64,000 nucleotides of DNA from a virus (lineage: Duplodnaviria > Caudoviricetes), in IMG/VR virus record IMGVR_UViG_3300007177_000042; one strand, written 5' to 3'. Shown in pieces: positions 35,543-45,904 of this stretch (its first letter is position 1; the number at the start of each line of letters is the position of its first letter). The translations under genes and the position numbers were made by a program. The notes under the pieces are model-generated. The model did not search any database. It was not told the origin of the DNA and worked only from the letters and a program-made list of their open reading frames with translations.

Positions 35543-36046
35543 ATGATATTAGGGTTAGATGCTAGTACATCTACCGTTGGATGGGCTTTTTCTGATAACG
35601 GTAAAATTATTGATGCCGGTTTTATTGACATTTCGTCACAAGACACCAACAAGGAAAAGTCTTTATTTGTTTTGGACTATCTTCGGTCCACATTAAATCT
35701 CAAATACGTTTCTGAGGTCAATCTAGAGGCTGCGTTGAGTGGATTTGCAGGAGGCAGAACCAGTCAACAAGTCATTATCAAGTTGGCTAGATTTAATGCT
35801 GTTTTTGAATATATCATTTCGGAAGAAACCGGTTTGAAAGTAAATTTGTGTAATGTCAATACTATGCGAAAACAGTTATTTGGTAAAAGCCGAGTAAAAG
35901 GTGTCAAACCAAAAGACTATGTTCGTATGAATATCGGAAAGTATATTGACGTTGACAAATATGATAAGAAAAAAAAGAAGGGCGGATGGGATGAACGAAA
36001 CAGCGATATGTATGACGCAATAGTTTGTTCACTTTACATTCCGTAA
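35543..36046 (+). CDS. RuvC-like Holliday junction resolvase
   Basis: ILGLDASTSTVGW, VNLE, DMYDAI acidic catalytic motifs. Confidence 0.8.
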   Translation: MILGLDASTSTVGWAFSDNGKIIDAGFIDISSQDTNKEKSLFVLDYLRSTLNLKYVSEVNLEAALSGFAGGRTSQQVIIKLARFNAVFEYIISEETGLKVNLCNVNTMRKQLFGKSRVKGVKPKDYVRMNIGKYIDVDKYDKKKKKGGWDERNSDMYDAIVCSLYIP

Positions 36047-36047
36047 C

Positions 36048-36983
36048 ATGTTATACACTGTAAATTTGCCACAATTTGGTGAGATTCAATTTGATTTTCT
36101 TCAAGACGGAGGACTTCAAATATATTCCGATATTAACAGAGATGTTATTTTTGTAGCAGTAATCAAAAGTATAGATAGCAATCTATCAGCTGCTATATGT
36201 TACCATGAATCGTTAAAAAATTATGATACATGGATATACAATTTCAAGATAGATTTATTGAAACACCAAGATCATCCGGGTTTTGAATTGGAGATATATG
36301 ATCAATACTTTAATACGTTACTTCACAAAAAACGTTTTGTAAAAAATTCAAAAAGCGTGTATCCGATTCTATCATCAAATTACAAAGAAGTTACGTATAC
36401 ACCATATTACGATTTTTTCTACAACGATTGGTTTTCAAAAAATTGTGAACTTAAATACGACGATGTGGTGTATGATCTTGGTGCAAACATCGGTATCTTT
36501 TCGTTATATTGTTCTAATTTTGGAGTAGATAGTATTTATGCATTTGAACCACACCCAGAATGTTTCAAACATCTCAAATTAAATTGTGATAGATATGGAA
36601 AAAACATAATGTGTTTTGAAAAGGCCATATTCAACGATTTCAAAAAAGTATCATTTAGATCTCCGGATTTTTATTCACTGGGGAGTGGAATTTCTGATGA
36701 CGGCAACTACACCGTTGATGCTATTAATCTCGAAACATTTGTACGAGTCAATGCTTTGAAAAAACCGACGGTAATAAAAATCGATATTGAAGGTGGAGAG
36801 TTTGATTTCTTTAACTGCACAAGCGATGGATTTTTTGAATCGGTGAACAGTGTTATTTTTGATTTTCATGGTCAACACGATCAAGTTGTAAAAATAAAAA
36901 CGAGATTTGAAAACCTTGGATACACTGTTACAGGAAATGTATCTGATGCGAGTTATTTGGGTGTGTTGTTGTTCAAAAAATAG
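36048..36983 (+). CDS. FkbM-family methyltransferase
   Basis: YDLGANIG, YAFEP, IKIDIEGGE. Confidence 0.88.
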   Translation: MLYTVNLPQFGEIQFDFLQDGGLQIYSDINRDVIFVAVIKSIDSNLSAAICYHESLKNYDTWIYNFKIDLLKHQDHPGFELEIYDQYFNTLLHKKRFVKNSKSVYPILSSNYKEVTYTPYYDFFYNDWFSKNCELKYDDVVYDLGANIGIFSLYCSNFGVDSIYAFEPHPECFKHLKLNCDRYGKNIMCFEKAIFNDFKKVSFRSPDFYSLGSGISDDGNYTVDAINLETFVRVNALKKPTVIKIDIEGGEFDFFNCTSDGFFESVNSVIFDFHGQHDQVVKIKTRFENLGYTVTGNVSDASYLGVLLFKK

Positions 36984-36989
36984 AATAAC

Positions 36990-37018
36990 TTGAGTTATAG
37001 GTTATGAATTGATATAGT
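36990..37018 (+). promoter_or_regulatory. sigma70-like promoter for primase-recombination genes
   Basis: TTGAGT-N17-TATAGT. Confidence 0.45.
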
Positions 37019-37024
37019 ACACCG

Positions 37025-37987
37025 ATGTTACTGTATCAAACAGAAGTTATAACGATTCTAAATAAAGCATTGAATCAAACTGCCCGTATCCGAAAGGGCG
37101 TTGATGCAGTATATTTTTGTCCATCGTGTAAACATTATAAAAGAAAACTGGAAGTTAATACACTTACTGGTAAATATCATTGTTGGGTCTGTGGTCTATC
37201 TGGCTCTTCACTCAAAACTCTTTTCAAAAAATTAGGGCTGTCCTCTGAGTTAGCTTCTCAGATTTACAACAATACACAATCCTTAAAAAAACTGCCGACT
37301 CAAGATTTAGACTTGGTTGTACAATTGTTTAATGTCGGTGTACAAGAACAAAAGCCACAATTGTTTTTGCCAAACGAGTACAAATCTTTTTATAATGCTG
37401 ACATAAGTCTAACTGGCAAACATGCTTTGAATTATCTCAAGAGTAGAAACATTTCTAAATATGATATTCTGCGTTACAATATAGGATACTGTGATGATGG
37501 AAAATATAAAGATCGAATCATAATACCATCTTATGATTCGAATGGACAGTTGAACTTCTTTTCGACGAGAAGTATTTATGACAATGTTTCAATGAAGTAT
37601 ATTAATTCAATGGTATCCAAAGACATAATCGGATTTGAATTGTTTCTGAATTATGATCAGCCTCTTACATTAGTAGAGGGAGCCTTTGACGCTATTGCTG
37701 TTAGAAACAATGCTATTCCTTTATTTGGAAAAACCTTATCGATGAAACTAAAAACTTCGTTGGTAGTTAATAATGTCAAATCAGTAAATGTTGTTTTGGA
37801 TAATGATGCTATAAAAGACTCTATAAGAATATGTGATTTCTTGGTAAAGAATAACATAAAAACAAAGCTGATCCGACTTGATGGAAAAGATCCATCGGTT
37901 CTCGGTTTTTCAAAAACATGGGAGATTATAAACAAAACGCCAGTATTAGATTTTGAATATCTATCGAAAATCAAATTATCAATATGA
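37025..37987 (+). CDS. DNA primase (T4 gp61-like)
   Basis: Zn ribbon CPSC...HCWVC, YLKSR, RIIIP, TOPRIM VEGAFDA and LDND. Confidence 0.88.
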   Translation: MLLYQTEVITILNKALNQTARIRKGVDAVYFCPSCKHYKRKLEVNTLTGKYHCWVCGLSGSSLKTLFKKLGLSSELASQIYNNTQSLKKLPTQDLDLVVQLFNVGVQEQKPQLFLPNEYKSFYNADISLTGKHALNYLKSRNISKYDILRYNIGYCDDGKYKDRIIIPSYDSNGQLNFFSTRSIYDNVSMKYINSMVSKDIIGFELFLNYDQPLTLVEGAFDAIAVRNNAIPLFGKTLSMKLKTSLVVNNVKSVNVVLDNDAIKDSIRICDFLVKNNIKTKLIRLDGKDPSVLGFSKTWEIINKTPVLDFEYLSKIKLSI

Positions 37988-40900
37988 CGACGCAATTAAA
38001 ATGTTCGGTTTCAAACTTCAGCAATATTTTTCATATTGCTGACATTCATATTCGTCTGACTAAACGTCACGATGAGTATCAAGAAGTATTTCAGAGATTG
38101 TATACATCAATCGACAAAACCCCATCAACTACTGTTGTTTGTGTATTGGGAGATTTATTTCACAATAAAAGCGACTTGAGTCCAGAGTGTGTAGAGGTGG
38201 CGTCTTCTTTTCTCAAAAATCTAGCGGATCGTCGTCCCACGGTATTGATCGCTGGAAATCATGACGCTACACTTGCAAACAAAAACAGAATGGATAGTTT
38301 GAGTCCAATTGTAAATGCGCTACAACATGATAACTTGTTCTATCTCAGAGATACTGGAACGTATATTCTAGGAGATATACTATTTAACAATTTTTCTGTA
38401 TTTGACGAACATGCCCCTGAGAAATATGTAAAGGTATCAGACATTCCAAAAATATACACACGAAATGCAAATCATATTATTGGTTTGTATCATGGGGGTG
38501 TGAATGATGCTATCACGGATATTGGATTTCGTGTGTCAAATAGAGCAATCTCAAACTCGTTGTTTGATGGTCATCATATTGTTTTGTTGGGTGATATTCA
38601 CAAATATCAAGTTCTTCAACAGTATAACGATACAACTAATTTGCCCGCAATTGTGTATGCCGGATCTTTGATTCAACAAAATCATGGTGAAACATTAAAG
38701 GGTCATGGCTTTGTTTATTGGGATTTGAAAACCAAGGCGTTTAAACATTTTGAGGTAGCCAACGATTATGGATTTTATACAATTGAAATCAACAAGGGTC
38801 AGTTGACAACCGATATTAGTGACATTCCTAAAAAAACATCACTGCGAGTTAAATGTGTTGAGACTGTAGGTTCTGAAATCAAATCGGTACTTTCCGATCT
38901 AAAAAACACTACAGAAGTCATCGACGTTACTGTTACAAAGGTGGAGTCCGATGAAAACACTGTTGTGAATATTTCTGATACATCCGACCTAAACATTCAT
39001 AAGCTTGGTGATGTGGATTATCAGAATCAACTCATTTGTGATTATCTAAAATCACTGAATAAAGATATAGATGAAGAATTGCTTACTACAGTGGCCGAGA
39101 TAAATAAATCGTTGAACAAGGACATTAAAAAAGAAATCGTCGTTCGTAACATTCGTTGGAAACCAAAGAAATTCGAATTCGACAACATGTTTTCGTATGG
39201 AGAAGGAAACGTGGTTGATTTCACAAAAATGAATGGTATTATGGGTTTGTTTGCTCCGAACGCTAGCGGCAAATCAACCATACTTTCAGCTTTATCGTTT
39301 TGTGTTTTTGATAAATGTGAACGATCACATATAGCATCGGACATATTGAATAGTAAGAAATTTTCTTTCAGATGTAAGTTCAATTTTGAAGTGAATGGTG
39401 TTGATTATTTTATTGAACGAGAAGGTAAAGCTGACAAAAAAGGTGCTGTTAAGGTCGATGTCAAATTCTATAAAACAGAAAACGGAAAAGAAATTGTCCT
39501 GAACGGTGAAGCTAGAAGAAACACGAACGACATTATTAGAGACTATCTAGGAACGTATGAAGATTTCATCTTGACAGTGTTATCCATCCAAAATGGAAAA
39601 TCTGGTTCATTCATTAACATGAAGCAGAGCGAACGAAAGGATTTGCTTGCGCAGTTTATGGGATTGGATGCATTCGATAAATTGCACGATTTGGCAAAAG
39701 AACGTGCAACAGAATATCTGACATTGTTAAAAAATCTCAACAAAACCGACTATCCCTCGGAATTGTCTGTATTGACAAACAATATTGAGACAACACAATC
39801 AGTTGTAAATACGACGGTTTTAGAATTGGAGGAGGCAAAAAAACAAAGAGATGAACTAAACGAGTCGCTCATAGAAGAGACTAAAAAATTGGTTAAAATA
39901 ACAACTTTTGTAGGTGACATCACGAATTTGGAAAAATCCAAGATTAAAAGTCAAACAGCTATCAATTCTGCTCGTGAGGAAGTCGAAAAAGTAAAAATTC
40001 AAATAGATCAGTATAGTGTGGCGCAATCAGAGTTGAAGGCAAAAATAGATGCGTTTGTAAAAAACGAAGTGGAAACAAAATATACACTACATAATCAGCT
40101 TAAAAATGAACTGACTCGGTTTGAGATGTCATTAGAAAACAAAAAAGTTGTTGTAACTGGAAAGCTAGACAAACTCAAAAAACTTCAAGAACACAAATAC
40201 GATCCTAATTGTGATTTTTGCGTCAACAACATATTTGTCAAAGATGCAATCAAGACCAAGGAAGATCTTGAGAACGATAAGGTTGAAGTTAAATCTGTCA
40301 TGTCGAAGATCTCAGAAATCAAATCCAAGATCGACGAACTCACGGATGTTGTGTCACAATATCAAGAATACAAAACATCAAAAGAACAGTCGGTCAAACT
40401 GAATGATACAATCAACAGACTGAATAACGAACAACTCCGTAGAGAAAACACCATAACTATAGAAACATCTAATCTGGAAAAATACGAACAGCAGATTACA
40501 CAATACTATGAATCCAAAGACTCTATTGAAGTAAACGTTCGGGTTCAATCTGTTATTGACAAAATCAAACAGTCTTTGAAGAATGTTGACTTTAAAATCT
40601 CCAGTACCAACAGAACATTGACTGAACTGTCTGGTAAGATTGCTAGCTGGCAAGCACAAAAAATCAAATCCGAACAATTGTATGAGGAGGTAAAACGATT
40701 GGAAAAACAATGGAAATCATACGTTGTATATGAAGAAGCTGTGTCTAGGGATGGATTGCAGTATATGTTGATCTCAAAATCCCTTCCAGAAATCGAAAAA
40801 GAAGTAAACAATATTCTAAATCAAATTGTGGACTTTACCTTGTCTCTTCAAACAGATGGTAAAAACATAATCACGTATATTGTATACGAGGATTCGAAAT

Positions 40901-41190
40901 GGAAGATAGAACTAGCAAGTGGATTGGAACAGTTTGTAAGTTCTCTTGCTATACGAGTTGCGTTGATCAATGTTTCAAATCTACCCAGACCAAATTTCAT
41001 TGCCATAGATGAAGGGTTTGGATGTGCTGATTCTGATAATTTGGCTGTGATGGGTGTTTTGTTTTCATATCTGAAGAGCAATTTTGACTTTATTTGGATC
41101 ATTAGTCACTTGGACGTTATGAAAGACATGGTTGACACTCGTATTGAAATAAACAAAGATGGTGGGTTTTCGAAGATAAATTATCAATAA
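37984..41190 (+). CDS. fused SbcD/Mre11 nuclease-SbcC/Rad50 ATPase (T4 gp47-gp46-like)
   Basis: HIADIH, GDLFH, AGNHD, GDIH; APNASGKST Walker A; CDFC hook; ASGLE signature; IAIDEGFG Walker B; ISH. Confidence 0.9.
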   Translation: MTTQLKCSVSNFSNIFHIADIHIRLTKRHDEYQEVFQRLYTSIDKTPSTTVVCVLGDLFHNKSDLSPECVEVASSFLKNLADRRPTVLIAGNHDATLANKNRMDSLSPIVNALQHDNLFYLRDTGTYILGDILFNNFSVFDEHAPEKYVKVSDIPKIYTRNANHIIGLYHGGVNDAITDIGFRVSNRAISNSLFDGHHIVLLGDIHKYQVLQQYNDTTNLPAIVYAGSLIQQNHGETLKGHGFVYWDLKTKAFKHFEVANDYGFYTIEINKGQLTTDISDIPKKTSLRVKCVETVGSEIKSVLSDLKNTTEVIDVTVTKVESDENTVVNISDTSDLNIHKLGDVDYQNQLICDYLKSLNKDIDEELLTTVAEINKSLNKDIKKEIVVRNIRWKPKKFEFDNMFSYGEGNVVDFTKMNGIMGLFAPNASGKSTILSALSFCVFDKCERSHIASDILNSKKFSFRCKFNFEVNGVDYFIEREGKADKKGAVKVDVKFYKTENGKEIVLNGEARRNTNDIIRDYLGTYEDFILTVLSIQNGKSGSFINMKQSERKDLLAQFMGLDAFDKLHDLAKERATEYLTLLKNLNKTDYPSELSVLTNNIETTQSVVNTTVLELEEAKKQRDELNESLIEETKKLVKITTFVGDITNLEKSKIKSQTAINSAREEVEKVKIQIDQYSVAQSELKAKIDAFVKNEVETKYTLHNQLKNELTRFEMSLENKKVVVTGKLDKLKKLQEHKYDPNCDFCVNNIFVKDAIKTKEDLENDKVEVKSVMSKISEIKSKIDELTDVVSQYQEYKTSKEQSVKLNDTINRLNNEQLRRENTITIETSNLEKYEQQITQYYESKDSIEVNVRVQSVIDKIKQSLKNVDFKISSTNRTLTELSGKIASWQAQKIKSEQLYEEVKRLEKQWKSYVVYEEAVSRDGLQYMLISKSLPEIEKEVNNILNQIVDFTLSLQTDGKNIITYIVYEDSKWKIELASGLEQFVSSLAIRVALINVSNLPRPNFIAIDEGFGCADSDNLAVMGVLFSYLKSNFDFIWIISHLDVMKDMVDTRIEINKDGGFSKINYQ

Positions 41191-41219
41191 AACCATATGT
41201 ATGTACTGACAGTACACAT

Positions 41220-43280
41220 ATGGCGCTTATTTCAAATATACGAAAGTCTGGTCAAACACTTAACTTGGGTAAACGACCCGTTGATATAGAAGACAACGGG
41301 TTTTTATCCAATTACTTCATATTGTCCGAATATGATCCTAAGTTTACGGGTGGAAAAAATACCTTCTTGATCAATGGATCTCAGTATTTAGCTAAAAATT
41401 CGAATATTGAAATTGAGGTTTTGGATTCTGAAAATAACTCTTTATACGTTGAGGTTGCAAAATCAAACAATATTGCGTATACCGAAGGTGGTGCTTTAAG
41501 AGTATCTGTTTATGTGTATAGCATTGCAAAGGTCGGAGTCGGAAAACTTTATTTGGTCGGAACAACAGTTAATGGTAAAAAAGTAAGATGGGTTGGTAAC
41601 ATTCAGATAAACCCGTCTGTGCCAAATATTTCCACGGTTGTATTTTATAAACCACCACAGTTGACGGTCACGCCTACTATTGTGGTCGGTGGCAATCAAA
41701 GTAACACGTCTTCGGCCAAAATTCTAAGAACCCTATCTGGTACATTCAAGTCCTATTGTGTCACACCGGCCAAAGGAAGCGATTATGGTCTATTCGATCC
41801 AACCAAACAAAATGTTGATTATCGAGCGGAGTTGACAATTAATACGATTGATGGAAATGCAGTGTCAGGATTTAAAAATGCGGCATCTATGGTGGATTCG
41901 GAGATATCATTAACAATTACACAAATTAATGATGCAAGTATATCCACATTTACTGATCGCAATATAATATCAGAGATAATCAATGATACTACTATTCGTT
42001 TAAAATATCCGATCTATGTAATAGACTCCAGAAATAAGAAAACTCTGGTCGATGTTACGCAGGGCACGTTCAGTATGACTGCAAGTATCATACCATATGA
42101 TTCTACAAAAATTCCTCAATACTCACAATCTATAGCGGTCGTTGAATATTCTGATATTGATACGTTCTGTGGTAATGTATATCGTCACAAATTGTATAGA
42201 AAAAGTCTTAATTCTCCGGTTGGATATCAAGTTTTATCAGACACACCAATAACAAATACTAACTTATTAGTAGATACAAACAGTCAAAATAGTTACTACG
42301 CATCACTCGGGTCATTTCCTTCAGGATCACTTGGTGAAAATAAATTTGTAACAAACTATTGGTTTACAAGTTCCAACAACATTGTCATATCTAGAGACGG
42401 AAGTCAGTTGATGGATGGTATGAAAATTGTTAACAATGGCGGTGTATCAGACGAAGAGTATGTCATTGTTAAGAATGATACATACATTGGTACTAGAGAC
42501 GGAACGTATATTCCGTATTCGGAACCAGTAACTCCACTAATATATGATAACAATTTTATATCATGTTCGGCTAATATCCCCCACGAACTATCGTTCAATG
42601 CAATAATTACTAAACATAATTCGGGTCTATCGAACACCGCTACATTGGGTATTTACTTCACCTCGTCTCTTTTAACTCGTATAAATGGTGATTTTGATTT
42701 TAACGATGCAAAAGGAATTAAACTTGGAGAAATTGTTCTTGGTATAGGCAGTTCGTCCTTATATCTAGTTGACGATCCTGTAAAATTTTATAGTAAGTTT
42801 GAAAACGATTTTTGTGGAACTATTGTAATTTATACTAAGAATTGTGATGTGATCATATCTAATCTTACGTTTAGTACCTATTCAGATCCAGCGTTCTCAC
42901 CACAAATTTTTACCGTCATTGTACCGTGTCAAACGGAAATAAAAAATCAACAATTTCAATTTAAAGCAGAGTTATTCGATATAAACAACAAACTTGTTTA
43001 TTCTAATTTATATGCTCTTGCAACTTTTGATCCTAACGGTGTTGCTGTTACATCAGCAACTATTGCGAATAACGGTCCTGCGACTACACCTGAATCCGAC
43101 GTGTCGTCAATAAGCGGAATAACTGGTACAGTCACCGTTCCAGCCGGTGGTGGTGTCAATATACCAGTGACTATAAACGCATCTTCGGTGACACCGGGGT
43201 GGACCTCTAATCGACCATTAAAACAGCCAGATAAATGGTTGGATATATCAGGATATAAAGTTCCAGCGTATAATCCGTAA
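41220..43280 (+). CDS. large hypothetical protein, likely virion structural
   Basis: 686-aa beta-rich ORF; no recognised motif. Confidence 0.7.
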   Translation: MALISNIRKSGQTLNLGKRPVDIEDNGFLSNYFILSEYDPKFTGGKNTFLINGSQYLAKNSNIEIEVLDSENNSLYVEVAKSNNIAYTEGGALRVSVYVYSIAKVGVGKLYLVGTTVNGKKVRWVGNIQINPSVPNISTVVFYKPPQLTVTPTIVVGGNQSNTSSAKILRTLSGTFKSYCVTPAKGSDYGLFDPTKQNVDYRAELTINTIDGNAVSGFKNAASMVDSEISLTITQINDASISTFTDRNIISEIINDTTIRLKYPIYVIDSRNKKTLVDVTQGTFSMTASIIPYDSTKIPQYSQSIAVVEYSDIDTFCGNVYRHKLYRKSLNSPVGYQVLSDTPITNTNLLVDTNSQNSYYASLGSFPSGSLGENKFVTNYWFTSSNNIVISRDGSQLMDGMKIVNNGGVSDEEYVIVKNDTYIGTRDGTYIPYSEPVTPLIYDNNFISCSANIPHELSFNAIITKHNSGLSNTATLGIYFTSSLLTRINGDFDFNDAKGIKLGEIVLGIGSSSLYLVDDPVKFYSKFENDFCGTIVIYTKNCDVIISNLTFSTYSDPAFSPQIFTVIVPCQTEIKNQQFQFKAELFDINNKLVYSNLYALATFDPNGVAVTSATIANNGPATTPESDVSSISGITGTVTVPAGGGVNIPVTINASSVTPGWTSNRPLKQPDKWLDISGYKVPAYNP

Positions 43281-43303
43281 TTTTCTGTATATTTATAACT
43301 ACC

Positions 43304-44059
43304 ATGGTTAAATTAAGTGATTTTCTTATTGAGTCTAATCAATCTTCCAGCGAACAAAATGCTGAAAGACATTCGTTGCGTCTTGAAAAGACATTAAAAT
43401 ATTTGGAATCAAAAAAGAAAGTATTGTTAATTACTACATCAAACAGATGGGAAGGACATAAAGATGACATTCCTAAATCTACACAACTTGCTCAATCAAT
43501 TGTTGAAAAATTGGGTACTGACAAATGTACTTTAATCGATGCAAGCAAACTTCACATTTGTGTTTGTGAAGGCAACGTATCTTCAAAAACAGGAAATCAC
43601 TGTGGTACCAAAGACTCTGTAGTAAAAGATAAAGAAAAGAATCCAACTGGGCATCTTAGATGTTGGGCCAGCATAAACAATAAAAATGATGAACTGTGGA
43701 AAATAACAAAAGAACTTTTTGAAAGTGATGTGGTTTTGTTTTTTATATCAATTCGTTGGGGCCAGACGAATAGTATATATCAAAAGTTAATAGAACGATT
43801 GACTTGGATTGAAAATCGACATACTACATTGGGTGAATCAAATATAGTAAAAAATATCGATGCGGGATTAATCGCCGTAGGACAAAATTGGAATGGAAAA
43901 GACGTGGTACAAACACAACAACAGGTATTGGAATTTTATGGGTTTAAGACACCACCCGAATTGTTTTGGCACTGGCAATTTACTGATAATACATCCGACG
44001 AGACGAAGAATTCTTACAACAAGGCTATTAAAGTTTTTGACAATACATTTTTAAACTGA
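43304..44059 (+). CDS. flavodoxin-like / NADPH-dependent FMN reductase fold protein
   Basis: VLLITTSNR, ICVCEGNVS Cys cluster, SIRWG, LIERL. Confidence 0.7.
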   Translation: MVKLSDFLIESNQSSSEQNAERHSLRLEKTLKYLESKKKVLLITTSNRWEGHKDDIPKSTQLAQSIVEKLGTDKCTLIDASKLHICVCEGNVSSKTGNHCGTKDSVVKDKEKNPTGHLRCWASINNKNDELWKITKELFESDVVLFFISIRWGQTNSIYQKLIERLTWIENRHTTLGESNIVKNIDAGLIAVGQNWNGKDVVQTQQQVLEFYGFKTPPELFWHWQFTDNTSDETKNSYNKAIKVFDNTFLN

Positions 44060-44075
44060 TTACGAATAATAAGTT

Positions 44076-45299
44076 ATGCACATTTCTGCACAAATTAACG
44101 CACAAAAATTTTATACCAAATACTGCACCAATTTATCAAAAAACGCAGTTGTTATTGATTTTGGTTCTTATGACATCAATGGAACATTAAAACCTATATT
44201 TGAGAAACACAAGTATATCGGTATTGATATGTGTCCGGGACCAAATGTCGATATTGTATGTAAAAACGAGAGCACGCCGTTCAAAGACGAATCCGCCGAC
44301 ATAATTACATCTTCATCCTGTTTCGAACACGATGAGTTTTATTGGATAACATTTTTAGAAATGTGTCGTTTGATTAAGACTGGTGGATACATTTACATTC
44401 AGGCACCGTCAAATGGCAGATACCATGCATGTCCACAAGATTGTTGGAGATTTTACGCAGATAGTTGGAAGTCGTTGGAAAAATGGGCCAGAAAAAACAA
44501 TTACGACATCAGTCTTGTTGAAAGTTATGTAGATAAAGAAAATAGTCATACAGACCCAGATCTGTGGGAAGATTCGATTGGAATTTTCAGGAAGAATAAG
44601 AGTTTTGACGACACGTATGTTGATATTTTTTGTAAATCAACCAATAAACAAATTTATAAATGGGATTCTTATTTCACAAAGTATCATCGATATTTTTCCA
44701 AGTATCAGAATAAGTTTGTAAGAATTCTAGAAATAGGTGTAGACAAAGGTGGTTCTCTTCAAATGTGGAAAAATTACTTTGGAGAAAATGCAAAAATCGT
44801 AGGAATTGACATTAATCCAGAATCAAAACAATACGAAGACACAAATATTACCATCGAAATCGGTGATCAAAACGATCCTATTTTTATGAGATCTATTGTT
44901 GATAAATACAAATCGTTCGACGTGATTATTGACGATGGATCACATGTCAACTCACATCAACTTTTTAGTTTCGATTTTCTATTTGATTATTTGAACGATG
45001 GTGGTATTTATCTCATCGAAGACATTCACACCTCATATTGGGAGTATTTTGGTGGAGGATACAAAAATCCAAATACAATGATTGAATTTTCAAAAAATCT
45101 GATCGATGACATAAATGGATATATTCAATCACCACAAAGAATAAACAAATACACCAATACAATTTCGGATATTCATTTTGCGTGTGGAATGGTTTTTATT
45201 GAAAAACAACAACTTAAACACACTCCACATGATATATTGATACAGTCGGGAAATATTATTGATTCACAACGACACTTACCAAAAAAACCAGTTATATGA
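44076..45299 (+). CDS. two-domain class I SAM methyltransferase
   Basis: N-domain VIDFGSYDING...FEHD; C-domain ILEIGVDKGGSLQMW...IIDDGSH. Confidence 0.82.
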   Translation: MHISAQINAQKFYTKYCTNLSKNAVVIDFGSYDINGTLKPIFEKHKYIGIDMCPGPNVDIVCKNESTPFKDESADIITSSSCFEHDEFYWITFLEMCRLIKTGGYIYIQAPSNGRYHACPQDCWRFYADSWKSLEKWARKNNYDISLVESYVDKENSHTDPDLWEDSIGIFRKNKSFDDTYVDIFCKSTNKQIYKWDSYFTKYHRYFSKYQNKFVRILEIGVDKGGSLQMWKNYFGENAKIVGIDINPESKQYEDTNITIEIGDQNDPIFMRSIVDKYKSFDVIIDDGSHVNSHQLFSFDFLFDYLNDGGIYLIEDIHTSYWEYFGGGYKNPNTMIEFSKNLIDDINGYIQSPQRINKYTNTISDIHFACGMVFIEKQQLKHTPHDILIQSGNIIDSQRHLPKKPVI

Positions 45300-45904
45300 A
45301 AAGAGCATCAGGAAAAAGTAATTTAGCAATCGTCAGGGACTATCTGAATGGAGAGCGTCCTTTTATTCAAGTGGGTTATACCGCTGATTCGGATTTTGCA
45401 TCACGAAAAGAAGGTGAGATATGGACCGATTCTAAAGGAAAAAAATGGATAAAGAAAAATGGCTTCAAAAAAGCCATTAACAATATCAGTTCCAATGTTA
45501 TAGATGCTACTAAACAAGTATGCAAAGATTGTAAAATGGAGATTAAGTGGGGTAATAAATATGATCAAGTGTTTTTCAATAAAACCGGTCGGTGTCACGA
45601 ATGTGTAGTAAAGTTCGAATCGAAATTGCGACTTCAAGGAAAGTTTGAAGATTACGAAAAAAAGAAAGTTTTACAAAATCAGCTGAGTATTTCAAAGGAC
45701 CTGAAAACAAAAATAGAAGAAAGTCTAAACTTTGTTGAGTCGAATCAGAAGATTTCATTTCCAAACGGAGATGGCACGGTAGATGTATGGACAATTGAAC
45801 GAAGAGATTTGATAATTAAAGATCTCAAAAAAGATCTCAAGAAGATCAACAAAACTATATTAAAGTTACAAAATCAAATTGAGGCATTAAATCATGTCGA
45901 ATGA
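45296..45904 (+). CDS. hypothetical protein with CxxC...CxxC motif, upstream of terminase
   Basis: CKDC and CHEC motifs. Confidence 0.75.
   Translation: MKRASGKSNLAIVRDYLNGERPFIQVGYTADSDFASRKEGEIWTDSKGKKWIKKNGFKKAINNISSNVIDATKQVCKDCKMEIKWGNKYDQVFFNKTGRCHECVVKFESKLRLQGKFEDYEKKKVLQNQLSISKDLKTKIEESLNFVESNQKISFPNGDGTVDVWTIERRDLIIKDLKKDLKKINKTILKLQNQIEALNHVE

Noticed and set aside
45296-45904. Small terminase assignment for the gene upstream of the large terminase
   Set aside because: Position only; no recognisable TerS motif, so left as hypothetical
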